A stretch of DNA of 63,582 nt, the filler included, from Dicyema japonicum (Eukaryota > Animalia > Dicyemida): the NCBI GenBank assembly GCA_011109175.1. It is 5 parts of 5 records of this genome, joined end to end, with 100 filler letters (N's around TTAATTAATTAA, not from the genome) between each part and the next. Parts side by side here need not be neighbours in the genome. Positions count along the whole stretch, not along the records: positions 59,106 to 63,582 come from RDEW01000237.1; 4 more parts are not named here. One strand, given 5' to 3'. Each line of letters starts with the position of its first letter. Within the stretch, counting starts at the first letter, position 1. Positions 62,751-63,582 of this stretch are shown here, one piece after another. Made by a program: the position numbers and the translations under genes. Below the pieces are notes generated by a model. It saw only the letters and a list, made by a program, of their open reading frames with translations. It was not told the origin of the DNA and ran no database searches.

Positions 62751-63582
62751 ACTATGGAGGTGCACAAAAAAGCTTCCGATTTTGTTGAGGTCTACCGGGA
62801 TCACTTAATTATATGGTATCTTTCTTGGTGTTCCCTTTTCGTGGTTAGAGAATAGTAATAATGTAATAGTTCATACATCAGACGGTTACTCCTTTCTATT
62901 GGTCGAGGAGTCCTCGAAAATCGAAGAGGAAGTCGTACTGATACTAAAAGTTCCCAATGTGGTCGCTCTATTGAGGACATTATGAATTATTTCCGTAGCT
63001 TGGTCATCCTGGTGATTTTACTAAGTGTATTCCGCATTATACTGTGACTGTTATTGTCAGAATGGAACTGAAGAATTCAAAGGAAGCTATTTGTCTCTGT
63101 ATATTGAGCTTAAAAACGGTCTCTGGGAATCATTCAGGTATGGCTTAGTCAGAATTCAGATTTTAATCCGAATTATAATAAATATGAGTCAAAAATACTT
63201 ATACCTTCGTGTACAATTCGAGGACTGAACGATCTATGTGAGCAACCAGTATTTGCAGCGTCCAAGGAATGAGGCCGGGATTACTTAAGGAAGTAACTAA
63301 CTAACTAACTTTAAAAAAGATCCAGCCATCGTAAGATTGATCAATTTTGGAGTAACAATCTAATTATTTTAGTCATTTATTAATTTTATTTTCTGTGGAT
63401 CTTCTCAGTTCTGAACAACAGTGCGTTCTGTGTCACCACCAAACGTAAAATATTATAAGAAAGTAGAGAAATGTCTATTTTAAGTAATACCTGAAAGTCC
63501 AAATGGGGATCATCAATTAGGTTTATGTTAGAATGAGATCTTTTCCTCGGGGATTACCTGCACAACTGACGGTGAAGTTAAT

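Overview
This is eukaryotic nuclear DNA: AT-rich, from a gappy draft scaffold. The animal-type genes (Tolloid/BMP1, PHF12) and GT-AG introns of only about 19-35 nt point to a highly reduced metazoan parasite. A dicyemid is my best guess, with a myxozoan or orthonectid as alternatives (inference). Host genes recognised after removing micro-introns: a PABP-like RRM gene, PHF12, tRNA-Gln(TTG), Tolloid/BMP1, a DNA/RNA non-specific endonuclease, FTSJ1/TRM7, acetyl-CoA carboxylase, a REXO4/ISG20-like protein lacking its DEDDh catalytic residues, and EBP. There are also pseudogene fragments of HSPA9 and a kinesin-6. Much of the rest is transposon debris: about 10 CRE-like fragments, R4-like, RTE-like, I/Jockey/CR1-like LINEs, Buster and CGGBP/DUF659-type hATs, Tigger/pogo, Ginger, and Helitrons. 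Many +/-1 indels sit in homopolymer runs, and single-N joins carry duplicated flanks, so most frameshifts and tandem duplications are probably sequencing or assembly artefacts. I see no clear-cut novel multi-gene system. The best leads are the intact but catalytically dead exonuclease, the possibly secreted nuclease, the micro-intron-containing hAT transposase, the microsporidian-like R4 retroelement and a conserved structured repeat core. All family assignments come from remembered motifs, not database searches.
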